Assembly (NCBI GenBank): GCA_928721565.1
Contig: OV788638.1
Coordinates: 1,666 to 65,665 of the forward strand
Length of the DNA: 64,000 bases
Direction of reading: 5' to 3'
Source: an uncultured Clostridia bacterium
GTDB taxonomy: Bacteria > Bacillota > Clostridia > TANB77 > CAG-508
Under the pieces are notes generated by a model. The model was given only the letters and a program-made list of their open reading frames with translations. It did not search any database and was not told the DNA's origin. The position numbers and the translations under genes are program-made. Below, piece after piece: positions 10,679-20,621 of this stretch (position 1 is its first letter; the number at the start of each line of letters is the position of its first letter).

Positions 10679-10814
10679 TTTGAATTCCTCCTTAAATTTT
10701 TACAATTATTGCTATTATACCATTTTTGTTGATGTTTTATACAATTCATATCATACAATAGCTTTTTCACATTTTTGATTTTAGTTGCTACTACTTTAAA
10801 ATCAAAAAATTCAG

Positions 10815-10840
10815 CACAAAAACGCCTTAGCGGCGTTTGT
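10815..10840 (-). terminator. Rho-independent terminator downstream of rpmF
   Basis: Stem AACGCC-ttagc-GGCGTT followed on the minus strand by TTTTGTG. Confidence 0.6.
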
Positions 10841-10846
10841 CGTTTA

Positions 10847-11032
10847 CTATTCTTCTACTTTTTTTGCAACTACTTCTTTTCCATCATAGTAACCACAGTT
10901 TGAACATACTCTATGTGGTAATACTGGTTCATGACAATGTGGGCAAGTAGCAAATTTAGGTTGTTCTACTTTCCATGTTGATCTTTTTGAATGTGTTCTA
11001 GCTTTTGACCATCTTCTTTTTGGTTGTGCCAT
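10847..11032 (-). CDS. rpmF: 50S ribosomal protein L32
   Basis: MAQPKRRWSKARTHSKRSTWK...CPHCHEPVLPHRVCSNCGYYDGKEV. The start is trimmed to the ATG preceded by GAGGAGGG (the ORF-track start lies 6 codons upstream, inside the RBS). Confidence 0.9.
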   Translation of the reverse strand: MAQPKRRWSKARTHSKRSTWKVEQPKFATCPHCHEPVLPHRVCSNCGYYDGKEVVAKKVEE

Positions 11033-11277
11033 CTTAATCCCTCCTCGCATAAGATATATGTATATATCTGTTCATTTTTTACTTATTTATTATTGCCTTT
11101 ATTAGCAATTTATAACTGATTTTGTCACTTTAAGATTATACAAGCATTTTTGTAATTTGTCAACAGCTTTTGGAAATTTTGTACAACTTTTGCACAACTT
11201 TTATGTAATTTTTATAAAAATACTGAATATATTATAAAATGAGTAAATAAATTTATTTGATTGGAGGCTTTATTTAT

Positions 11278-13210
11278 ATGTGTGGAATTGTTGGTTTTGT
11301 AAATTATAAGCAAAACGTCTCAAAATATAAAAATATTTTATTAAATATGAATAACTCTCTTTCACGAAGAGGCCCTGATGAAGACGGTTATTACACAAAA
11401 GATCATGTTGCATTTGGACACAAAAGATTAATAGTAATTGATCCTGAAGGAGGAAAACAACCAATGACATCAATTGTTCCTTTAAGAACCGGTCCCGAAC
11501 GGTCACTTGTTCAAAACAGAACCGGTCCTTAATGAACAAATGCACCAAAGAGAACCGGTCCCTAATGAGCAACACTGTTCAATTGTGTACAATGGTCAAA
11601 TTTATAATACTAAAGAATTAAGACAAACTTTAGAGGAAAATGGATTTACTTTTGAAGGTCATAGTGATACAGAGGTATTATTAAAAAGTTACATTTTTTA
11701 CGGAAAAGATGTAGTTCACCATCTAAATGGTATTTTTGCTTTTGCTATTTGGGATTCTAAAAATGAAGAACTTTTCATGGCTAGGGATCATTTCGGTGTT
11801 AAGCCTTTATTTTATACTATGCAAAATAATTCTTTTATTTTTGCCTCTGAGATTAAGGCTATATTTCAATATCCTGGTGTTCAAAAAATTTTAGATTCTC
11901 AAGGTGTAGCCGAATTATTTGGTATTGGTCCAGCTCATACTCCTGGAACTACTATTTTTAATAATATTTTTGAATTGAAACCTGCTCATTTTGCAGTTTT
12001 CAACCGTTCAGGTCTTCATCTTGAAAGATATTGGAAATTAAAAAGTGCTCCACATACTGAAAATTTCGTCCAAACTTGTGACCATTTAGAATTTCTTCTA
12101 AAAGATGCAATTACTAGGCAGTTGGTCTCTGATGTCCCTTTATGTACCTTTTTGTCTGGTGGATTAGATTCAAGTATTATTACAAAATATGCATCTGATT
12201 ATTGTTTTGAACATAATCTACCACCACTTGATACTTATTCTATTGACTATGTTGATAATGATAAAAATTTTGTAAAGAGTGACTTTCAGCCTAATTCTGA
12301 TAATTACTACATAAATTTGATGGTTAATAAACTTCATACCTCTCATCATCCTATTGTAATTGATACTCCTGAACTTGCAGAATATCTAGAAGATGCAATG
12401 CTTGCTAGAGATATGCCTGGAATGGCTGATATTGATTCTTCTCTTTTATTATTCTGTAAATATGTTAAGCCTACTGCAACAGTTTCTCTTACAGGGGAAT
12501 GTGCTGATGAAATCTTTGGTGGATATCCATGGTTTTTCCGCGAAGATGCTCTTCAAAGTGGAACTTTCCCTTGGTCTATTGCTATTGATGAACGTCAAAC
12601 TTTACTTAATCCACGCATTGCTCAAAAAGTTAATCTTAAAGATTATATAAACTATAGATACACTGAAAGCCTTGACCAAGTTGAAATTCTTGATACTGAT
12701 TCTTTAGAAACTGCTGAAAAAAGAAAAATTTCACACCTTACACTTAATTGGTTTATGCAGACTCTTCTTGACAGATCTGACAGAATGGCTATGTACAATG
12801 GTTTTGAACTACGTGTTCCATTTTGCGATTATCGTTTAGCTCAATATGTTTGGAATATTCCTTGGGAAATAAAAGCTCTTAATGGTAGAGAAAAAGGATT
12901 GCTTCGCTATGTTTCTCGTAAGTTTTTGCCTGCTGAAATTGTGGATAGAAAAAAGAGCCCTTATCCAAAGACTCATAATCCAACTTATTTGGCAAAGGTA
13001 AAATCAATGCTTTCAACTATTATGGCTAATCCTCATGCTCCTATTAATTATCTTTTAAATAAAGATTATATTTTGAGTATTCTTGAAACTGATGGTAAAG
13101 CTTTCTCTAGACCTTGGTTTGGTCAGTTAATGACTGGTCCTCAATTGATGGCGTATTTGTGCCAGGTTAATATGTGGCTTGAAAGGTATCAGCCTAAAAT
13201 CATTTTCTAA
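11278..13210 (+). pseudogene. asnB: Asparagine synthetase (glutamine-hydrolysing) interrupted by a 101-bp repeat insertion after codon 67; the reading frame is broken
   Basis: The N-terminus MCGIVGFVN (catalytic Cys2; RBS GGAGG 10 nt upstream) continues to ...GGKQPMTS and then into repeat sequence, with a stop at 11530-11532. The remainder of AsnB (CSIVYNGQIYN...HSDTEVLL...LSGGLDSS...) continues in a different frame from 11507. Removing 11478-11578 plus one copy of TCAATTGT restores an in-frame ...KQPMTSIVYNGQIYN. Confidence 0.75.
11478..11578. repeat. Three-unit array of the GAACCGGTCC palindromic repeat inserted inside asnB, flanked by an 8-bp direct duplication TCAATTGT (11470-11477 and 11579-11586)
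   Basis: Cores GAACCGGTCC at 11486-11495, 11519-11528 and 11552-11561. The flanking 8-mers are identical, consistent with a target-site duplication. Confidence 0.8.
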
Positions 13211-13245
13211 AATAATAGAGGTCACAAATTGTGACCCCCTTTTTT

Positions 13246-15475
13246 CTATTTTAATGTAAATGTATCTGATAATAAATTTTCTTCATTTGAACTACCGCCA
13301 ACAAAAACTTTAAACTCTCCCTCTTCTGCTTCAAATTTCATGCTTTCATTCCAAAACTTAAGCATCTCTTCAGATATTTCAAATTTCACACCAATTTCTT
13401 CTTTTGGTAAAATTTTCACCTTTTTAAAGGCTTTCAGCTCTTTTACAGGTCTAACTACGCTTCCTACTAAGTCCTGAATATATAATTGAATAACTTCCTC
13501 TCCTACTACATCACTAACATTTTTGACTTTTACATTAACTACTATTTGAGAATGTTTATCCAAAATTTTATTACTTAGTTTTATATCAGAATAAACAAAT
13601 TTAGAATATGATAGTCCAAACCCAAAAGGATAGTAACTTTCCGCTGGAATATCTTGGTAACGTGAAACATATCTCATATTCTTTTTATACGGTCTTCCTG
13701 TATTATAATGATTATAATAAATTGGGCATTGTCCTACAGCTTGAGGAAAACTCATTGTTAATTTTCCTGATGGATTAGTATCACCAAAAACTACATCTGC
13801 AATTGCATTTGCACCTTCTGTTCCGGGGAACCATACCTCTAATAAACCATCTACTTTTTCAGCAATTCCTCTTAATACTATAGGTCTGCCATTAAATATA
13901 ATAGCTACTATCTTTTTGTTTAATTTTGATAATTGTTCTAACAATCTCTTTTGTATATTCGAAATTTCTATATTTGTTCTTGAACACGCCTCACCTGTTT
14001 GCTTATAATGTTCTCCTATTGCTAATACAATTACATCTACACCTTTGGCTATTTTTACTGCCTCCTCTAAGTATTCCTCTAATTTTTCTTTTTCATTTTC
14101 TAAATGAATTACATTTTCTCCATCGGCTTTTAAAATTTCATTTATCTCTTTTTCTTCTAAAATCTCACTGCCTTTTGCATATAATACATTATCTTTTCCT
14201 ATTTTTGATTCAAAAGCTTCTCTTAAAGTTGTAATTTTTGATTTATCTGAAAACATTGACCATGACCCTAATATAGCAATATTGTCAGCATATGGACCTA
14301 TTAATGCGATTTTTTGATTTTTGCATAATGGCAATATATTATTTTGATTTTTTAACAATACAAATGTTTTTGCAGTTAATTCTCTCGCCTTTTTAAAATT
14401 TTCTTCACTTAATAGAACTTTCTTTTCTAAATAGTAATCCATATTTTTATATGGATTTTCAAATAATCCTAATTTATTTTTTAATTTTAAAACTCTTAAA
14501 ACTGCTTCATCAATTATATCCTCAGAAACTAATCCTTCTTCTACTAATTGTTTCAAATTATTTGAATAGACATTTGACATCATATCAATATCTACTCCAG
14601 CAGTAATCGCTTTATAAGCTGCTTCTTTTTTATCTTTGGCAACACCGTGTTCAATTGTTTCTTCAATTGCCGAATAATCTGAAATAACTATTCCTTTAAA
14701 TCCAAGTTCTTTTCTTAGTAAATCTGTTAATAGCCATTTGTTTACAGTTGCAGGAATTCCATTAATAATATTAAATGATGTCATTATCATTTCTGCACCA
14801 CTATCAATTGCTGATTTATATGCCGGCAAATAATATTGTCTAAATTCTCTTTGCGACATGTCAACTGAGTTATAATCTTTTCCCGCTTCTACCGCTCCAT
14901 ATGCCGCAAAATGTTTTACACACGATATAATTCCATCATCCTTATTGCCATTAACTTCTTTATGTGCTTTAACCATATCTTGAGCAAATATTTGCCCTAA
15001 ATATGGGTCTTCTCCTCCAATAGATTCCATAACTCGTCCCCATCTTGAATCTCTAACTAAGTCTACCATTGGCGAAAAATTAACATTTGCTCCGTGCTAC
15101 TTGTGCCTCTTTTGCAGCTAATTTAGTTGATTCATAAACAACTTTGCTATCCCATGAACATCCTTGAGCAAGTGGTATTGGTAGAACAGTTTTATATCCA
15201 TTTATAATGTCTGCCATAAATAGTAATGGTATTTTTAATCTATTTTTGGCTAAATAATTTTCTTGTATTTTTCTAATTTTTTCAGTTCCAACTACATTTA
15301 ATATTGAACCTACATTATACAGCATTTCATTTGAAATTTCTAAATCTTTTAATGGGCCTGTTGAAACTTCAATATCGTCCATCAAAAAAATTTCTCCTGC
15401 AACCTGCACAAGTTGTCCAATTTTCTCTTCTAAAGTCATTTTTTGTATCAATTCATATAATTCTTTTTCTTTCAT
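13246..15475 (-). pseudogene. Glycoside hydrolase family 3 beta-glucosidase (BglX-like), split by a +1 frameshift near 15092-15096
   Basis: The upstream ORF (131 aa) ends ...AKEAQVARSKC*. The downstream ORF (607 aa) starts MVDLVRDSRWGRV... The alternate frame across the junction reads GANVNFSPMVDLVRDSRWGR, which reconstitutes the GH3 motif. One extra nucleotide in 'gcacggagc' accounts for the shift. Confidence 0.8.
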
Positions 15476-16710
15476 ATTTTTATTGATGCCTCCACTTTTG
15501 TAAATTCTAGAATCTCTAATCCTTTTTTCACATATTTATTTTTCATAAAATACTCCCAAATAACTCCAGATAAGTAGTTTTCAATCATTATCATAGAAAT
15601 ACCTTTATCTATTCCTATACACTCTTCTGAAATCCAAGGTTCTGTATTTTCTAAATTATATGCATCTTTAAAACCATATTTTCCCCAAAGCTTATGAAAA
15701 TTATTGTAGTAATTTTCTACTGCCCTAATACTTATATCTGGTGTAAACACTATCGAACCAATTGCACCACAAGGTGCAACAGTTCCATCATTTTGATTAT
15801 CTAAATCTGCCAGTGCTGGCATTGCACCATATCCTCCAGAATATCCTTTTGGACCTACACATGCAGTAAGTCCCCATGAGTTTTCACCATATGTTTTAAA
15901 TCTATTGCTATTTTTTATACAAAATTTTCTATTAGCAAGAGTCGCTCTTCTGGAATTTTCAAACCAATCAATCCCATTCTTATCTTTTAGCCCTCTAAAG
16001 TCAATCCATGCATGAGAATATTGATATGTAAATAAAGTTCCACAATATGTATAAATTATATTTTTTTCATCTAAGTAGTCTTTTTTATCCTTTTTAAAAA
16101 AATCATATAAAACTTTATTAATCGGATAAGTTGGAGATGCCACTCCTAAAATATATAAAATTAATTGTTCTGCATACATATCCCAATGACCTTCAAATCC
16201 TTTTTCTTTAGAATATCCCATATAAAATTGATTAACCTTTTTGTCTACATACCAATTCCAATTTATTTGTTTATATAATAGCTCCGCCTTTTCTTTAACT
16301 TTTCCTCCAAAATATTCACCAGCAAAAATTGCACCACAAATAAATATAGCTGTATCTATAATTGAATTTTCTGAATTCCATTCTCTTTGTGCAGTTTCCA
16401 TATTAATAAAATGATAAAAAAAACCATTTATATTTTCCAAACTATTTAAAAATGTATCTAATGTCCCCTCTACTCTTTCATTAGCTTTTTCATAAGTAAT
16501 CCAATTTCTTTCCACCCCTATTGCTAATGCAGCTAGCCCATATCCAACAGACGCAATACTTGCAATTTCTGGTGCAAAAGCACTTTTGTCTCTAATCAAT
16601 CCATATCCTTTACTTTTTTTATTATTATTTGCTTCTTTTGTAAAAAAATTATAATCCCCTTGTAACTCTTTTTTTAATATATCTATACCTGTAAGAAATT
16701 TTTTCTTCAT
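15472..16710 (-). CDS. Six-hairpin glycosidase-like protein (glucoamylase/GH144-DUF3131-like; possible endo-beta-1,2-glucanase partner of the adjacent GH3)
   Basis: 412 aa from the ATG at 16710 (RBS GGAGGA 5 nt upstream). Motifs YSHAWIDFRG, WGLTACVGPKGY and GYGAMPALADLD resemble the glucoamylase-like (alpha/alpha)6 fold. Family assignment is from memory and uncertain. Confidence 0.45.
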   Translation of the reverse strand: MKKKFLTGIDILKKELQGDYNFFTKEANNNKKSKGYGLIRDKSAFAPEIASIASVGYGLAALAIGVERNWITYEKANERVEGTLDTFLNSLENINGFFYHFINMETAQREWNSENSIIDTAIFICGAIFAGEYFGGKVKEKAELLYKQINWNWYVDKKVNQFYMGYSKEKGFEGHWDMYAEQLILYILGVASPTYPINKVLYDFFKKDKKDYLDEKNIIYTYCGTLFTYQYSHAWIDFRGLKDKNGIDWFENSRRATLANRKFCIKNSNRFKTYGENSWGLTACVGPKGYSGGYGAMPALADLDNQNDGTVAPCGAIGSIVFTPDISIRAVENYYNNFHKLWGKYGFKDAYNLENTEPWISEECIGIDKGISMIMIENYLSGVIWEYFMKNKYVKKGLEILEFTKVEASIKI

Positions 16711-17060
16711 ATTTTCCTCCATAACATAATTATAGTACATTTCTTTTATTATGTTCAATGGAAATTTTTGAGCATAATTTGCTACCACTTGATATTTATT
16801 CTATAGACTATATTAATAAAAGCATACACTTAGTATGTTTTTCCCCTCACAGGGTAAGCCGTTTAACTTTCCTCATTTACTCGCTTGATTTACTATACAA
16901 GGTTACGTATATCTTTTGGGCTTCGACTTGTTAGGTAGCCTTACCCTTTTGCATAGCATTAATGGCGATATATACCTCCAGTACGGACTTTCACCGATTA
17001 GCTAAACAACATGCCTGTCGCACCATATATAAAAGACTAATATGTAATCTTTTTATTTAA

Positions 17061-17366
17061 ACATTCCTGTCTGGTGGATTAAATTTTTGTAAAGAGTGAT
17101 TTTCAGCATAATTCTGATAATTACTACATGTTTGGAATATTCCTTGGGAAATAAAAGCTCTTAATGGTCGAGAAAAAGGTTTGCTTCGATATGTTTCTCG
17201 TAAATTTTTGCCTGCTGAAATTGTGGATAGAAAAAAGAGTCCTTATCCAAAGACTCACAATCCAACTTATTTGGCAAAGGTAAAATCTATGCTCTCAGAA
17301 ATAATGGCTTACCTTTGCCAAGTTAATATGTGGCTTGAAAAGTATCAGCCTACAATGCATATATAA
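17061..17366 (+). pseudogene. Mosaic remnant of a second asnB copy carrying three internal deletions
   Basis: Near-identical to asnB segments 12140s, 12270-12308, 12846-13010 and 13150-13196 joined head to tail. It translates as ...LRYVSRKFLPAEIVDRKKSPYPKTHNPTYLAKVKSML..AYLCQVNMWLEKYQP. Confidence 0.75.
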
Positions 17367-17554
17367 AAATATGCATATAGAACAAAAGCGGACATTAATA
17401 ACTTTTGTACTTATTAAAACATTTTGAAGTCCGCGTCTTTGTTCGTGCGCGAAATTTGCAAAGCAAATTTCTGTGCAATATATTTATATTATAGGAAGTT
17501 CAGAGAACTTTCCTATAATATAAAATAAGTGGGATATAATGTCCCACTTATAAC

Positions 17555-17896
17555 TTACATATAATATATTAATATTCCTAACAGAATAAGCCCATTGCCT
17601 AAGATTTTCTTTTTAGTAATCTTTTCGCCAAGAATTCTATTACTTAAAATCATTACAAAAAGATAACCCAAAGATTCTATTATTGGCTCGTTTTTATAAG
17701 GAACCCCTTTTAGTCCAAACACTACAAGCACAGTTGAGATTACCATTAAAATATAACCTGTTATTACATATACATTTAAATATTCTTTTAAAACTGAATT
17801 ATAAGATTTGGAAGCACTTTTTTTCAAAATAATTTGAGATATTGAGCTTACCAAAACTGCCAAAATCAATAATACTACATATTTATTCATCTTCAT
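17555..17896 (-). CDS. Small 4-TM DMT/SMR-like membrane protein (GtcA/ArnE-ArnF-like lipid-linked sugar flippase subunit)
   Basis: 113 aa with four predicted TM helices. It is paired with a second small DMT protein and lies downstream of the GT2/GT-C cluster. Confidence 0.5.
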   Translation of the reverse strand: MKMNKYVVLLILAVLVSSISQIILKKSASKSYNSVLKEYLNVYVITGYILMVISTVLVVFGLKGVPYKNEPIIESLGYLFVMILSNRILGEKITKKKILGNGLILLGILIYYM

Positions 17897-18281
17897 TATT
17901 CACTATAATTGTTCCTATTATTACAATTAATACTCCTATTACATTTTTTATTGTTATTGTATCATTAAATATTAGAATTGCCCATACAATTGACCAAAGT
18001 AATCCCATAGCTTTATTTGCATACGCTATTGAAATATCAAATTTTTTTAATAATTGTTGCCAAATAATTGCATATACACCTAAAATCATCATTTCTATTC
18101 CATAGTATAATATAAATTGAAATGACATAAATTCTTGGCCTGATGCAAATTTAGCACAAACAGTTGATAATGTATATATTGCAATAACAATCTGAAGAAT
18201 ACATATATCTTTTAACTTTGTTTTCTTCTTTTTTTCGTTATCTAACTTTACTAATTTTGTTTTATCTACTTCTTCATTCAT
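17883..18281 (-). CDS. Small 4-TM DMT/SMR-like membrane protein (second flippase-like subunit)
   Basis: 132 aa with a hydrophobic EamA-like half-domain. It overlaps the next gene by 14 nt. Confidence 0.5.
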   Translation of the reverse strand: MNEEVDKTKLVKLDNEKKKKTKLKDICILQIVIAIYTLSTVCAKFASGQEFMSFQFILYYGIEMMILGVYAIIWQQLLKKFDISIAYANKAMGLLWSIVWAILIFNDTITIKNVIGVLIVIIGTIIVNNEDE

Positions 18282-18301
18282 TAGAAATTAATTCTCCTTT
18301 T

Positions 18302-19429
18302 CTAAATTGCTAAAATATAATATCCATATCTTGTTGAGCTATCAACAATTTTATGAGAATTTATTTTTTCTATTGGACTCACATAATAAATATATTCCGG
18401 ATGCTCTTTTTTTACTTTTTCTAGTTCTTCTATATCTGCTTCTGTAAAAATGAATTTGATAACCGCCTTTTTAGGTTCTACAACTTTTGTAAAATCTGGG
18501 GCATTTCCTAAAGCAACATCTATAACCATTTTTAAAAAATCATATCCTGTTGAAATTTTTACTAAATCTGAGCCTATGCAATCTCCACCCATTCTAGCCC
18601 CAATTTCAATTATCTTTACTTTTCCATCAGATGTAATTTTAAATTCTGCATGTGATGCTCCATTTGTAATTTGTAAACTATTTAATCCTGCAAAAACTTC
18701 TTTTTTTATTTTCTCTAACATTTCTGAATCTAATCCTGCCGGTTGAGTATGTCCTGTTTCTATAAAATGTGGTGCACCTGTTGTTTGCTTTCTAGTTACT
18801 GTCAACAATGTATGTTTTCCTTTATACGAAATACTTTCAGCACTAAACTCATCTCCAGTTATATATTCTTCTATAATAGCCATTTTTTCAAATGAAACCT
18901 CAACAGCTGTTTCTATTGCTTCTTTTAACTTTCCAGATTTTACTTCTTCCCAATTCTCTATTTTATTGATTGATCTGCTTCCAGACCTATCTGTTGGTTT
19001 TACAATAATTGGCATTGAAAAATCACTTATTTTAGATATTTCTTCTTTTCCTGTACCTGTAACTTTTGCAAATTTAGGAACTGATACTCCATTTGTTAAA
19101 AATGCATTTCGCATTTCATATTTATTTGTAGATAATTTTGTACATTCAAGGCTATTTCCTACAAGTCCTAATTTATCTGCCAAATAGTTTACTGTTAATG
19201 TGGCCAAATCTGATGCAACTGAAATAACCGCATCTGGCTTTATTTCTTTACATTTATCTAATATCTTATCTTTTTCTACTATACTTATTGGATAAAAATA
19301 ATCTGCAAAGTCAGCACCAACAGCACCTTCTACCCAAGCAAATACATGCGTTTCATACCCTAGTTCTTTAGCTTTTATTATGAGTGGCATCTGAAAATTA
19401 TTTGCTCCTATAATAACAATTTTTTTCAT
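18302..19429 (-). CDS. ATP-grasp domain ligase
   Basis: 375 aa with an ATP-grasp fold (MPIIVKPTDRSGSRSI...IEEYITGDEFSAESI...HFIETGHTQPAG...IIEIGARMGGD). Confidence 0.7.
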   Translation of the reverse strand: MKKIVIIGANNFQMPLIIKAKELGYETHVFAWVEGAVGADFADYFYPISIVEKDKILDKCKEIKPDAVISVASDLATLTVNYLADKLGLVGNSLECTKLSTNKYEMRNAFLTNGVSVPKFAKVTGTGKEEISKISDFSMPIIVKPTDRSGSRSINKIENWEEVKSGKLKEAIETAVEVSFEKMAIIEEYITGDEFSAESISYKGKHTLLTVTRKQTTGAPHFIETGHTQPAGLDSEMLEKIKKEVFAGLNSLQITNGASHAEFKITSDGKVKIIEIGARMGGDCIGSDLVKISTGYDFLKMVIDVALGNAPDFTKVVEPKKAVIKFIFTEADIEELEKVKKEHPEYIYYVSPIEKINSHKIVDSSTRYGYYILAI

Positions 19430-19463
19430 TTAGAAACTTCCTTTCTTCCACTTGATTAGTGAA

Positions 19464-20600
19464 TTAATTAGTTTTTTCATAAAATTCTTTTATTGCTTTT
19501 ATTACTTTATCTTGTTCTTTTTGAGTTAATCCATAATACATTGGCAATCTTACTAGCTTTTCACTCTCAGCTGTTGTATATTTATCTTCTCCATTAAACC
19601 TTCCAAATCTCTTTCCTGCAGGAGAATCATGTAATGGAATATAATGAAATACAGATTGTATTTCATTTTCTTTTAAGTATTTAATCAGTGCTGTTCTTTC
19701 TTCTAGATTTTTCGCTTTTATGTAAAACATATGTGCATTATGAGTACTATATTCTGGAACATATTGTAATGTTATTTTTCCACTATTTTCTAGTTCTTGT
19801 AAATTTTCTTTATAATACTCCCATGCAGATAATCTTGCATTATTAATTTCTTCTGCCATTTCAAGTTGAGGATATAAATATGCACAATTTAATTCGCTTG
19901 GCAAATATGATGAACCATAATCTACCCATGTATATTTATCAATTTCTCCTCTAAAGAATTTATTTCTGTTAGTTCCTTTTTCTCTTATTATTTCAGCTCT
20001 TTCTATCAATTCTGGATCATTTATTACAATAGCTCCACCTTCTCCCATGCTGTAATTTTTAGTTTCGTGAAAACTATAACATCCAAGATCTGCAATTGTC
20101 CCTAAATATTTTTCTTTGTATTTAGACATAAAACCTTGTGCTGCATCTTCTACAACTTTTAAATTATGTTTCTTAGCAATTTTCATAATTTTATCCATAT
20201 CTGGTGAAATTCCTGCATAGTGAACTACTGCAATCGCTTTAGTTTTAGGCGTTATTGCTTCTTCAATTTTATTTTCATCAATATTCATTGTTTTAGGATT
20301 TATATCTACAAAAACAACTTTTGCCCCAACCATAATAAATGCATCTGCTGTTGATACAAATGTATATGATGGCATTATTACTTCATCTCCTGGTTGTAAA
20401 TTCAATAAAATTGCAGTCATCTCAAGAGCATCAGTACAAGATGTTGTTAATAATACTTTTGTGGCATTAAATTTATCTTCCATCCATTTACTACATTTTT
20501 TTGTAAATTCTCCATCTCCACAAATTTTTCTACTTTTTATTGCTTTTTTTATACAATCTAATGAACCTTCTACATAAATTGGTATATTAAATCCTATCAT
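19464..20600 (-). CDS. DegT/DnrJ/EryC1/StrS-family PLP-dependent sugar aminotransferase (ArnB-like)
   Basis: 378 aa with motifs TTSCTDALEMT, VIMPSYTFVSTA and SFHETKNYSMGEGG (PLP-lysine region). Confidence 0.85.
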   Translation of the reverse strand: MIGFNIPIYVEGSLDCIKKAIKSRKICGDGEFTKKCSKWMEDKFNATKVLLTTSCTDALEMTAILLNLQPGDEVIMPSYTFVSTADAFIMVGAKVVFVDINPKTMNIDENKIEEAITPKTKAIAVVHYAGISPDMDKIMKIAKKHNLKVVEDAAQGFMSKYKEKYLGTIADLGCYSFHETKNYSMGEGGAIVINDPELIERAEIIREKGTNRNKFFRGEIDKYTWVDYGSSYLPSELNCAYLYPQLEMAEEINNARLSAWEYYKENLQELENSGKITLQYVPEYSTHNAHMFYIKAKNLEERTALIKYLKENEIQSVFHYIPLHDSPAGKRFGRFNGEDKYTTAESEKLVRLPMYYGLTQKEQDKVIKAIKEFYEKTN

Positions 20601-20621
20601 TTTTATCCTCTTCTTTCTATT

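Noticed and set aside
16790-17040. Possible RNase P RNA (GGUGAAAGUCCG / ACGGCUUACC P4-like pairing) or an FMN/cobalamin riboswitch
   Set aside because: Only about 250 nt, whereas RNase P RNA needs more than 330. Other universally conserved RNase P elements are absent. The GUGAAAGUC-like element is in the wrong position or order for FMN or B12 aptamers. Kept as a finding but not called as a feature.
17380-17555. Cluster of 3-4 hairpins (GCGGAC..GTCCGC; GAAATTTGC-aaa-GCAAATTTC; TATAGGAAGTTC..GAACTTTCCTATA; AAGTGGGA..TCCCACTT) as a possible ncRNA
   Set aside because: They lie between convergent genes, where stacked bidirectional terminators are expected. No conserved RNA family motif was recognised.
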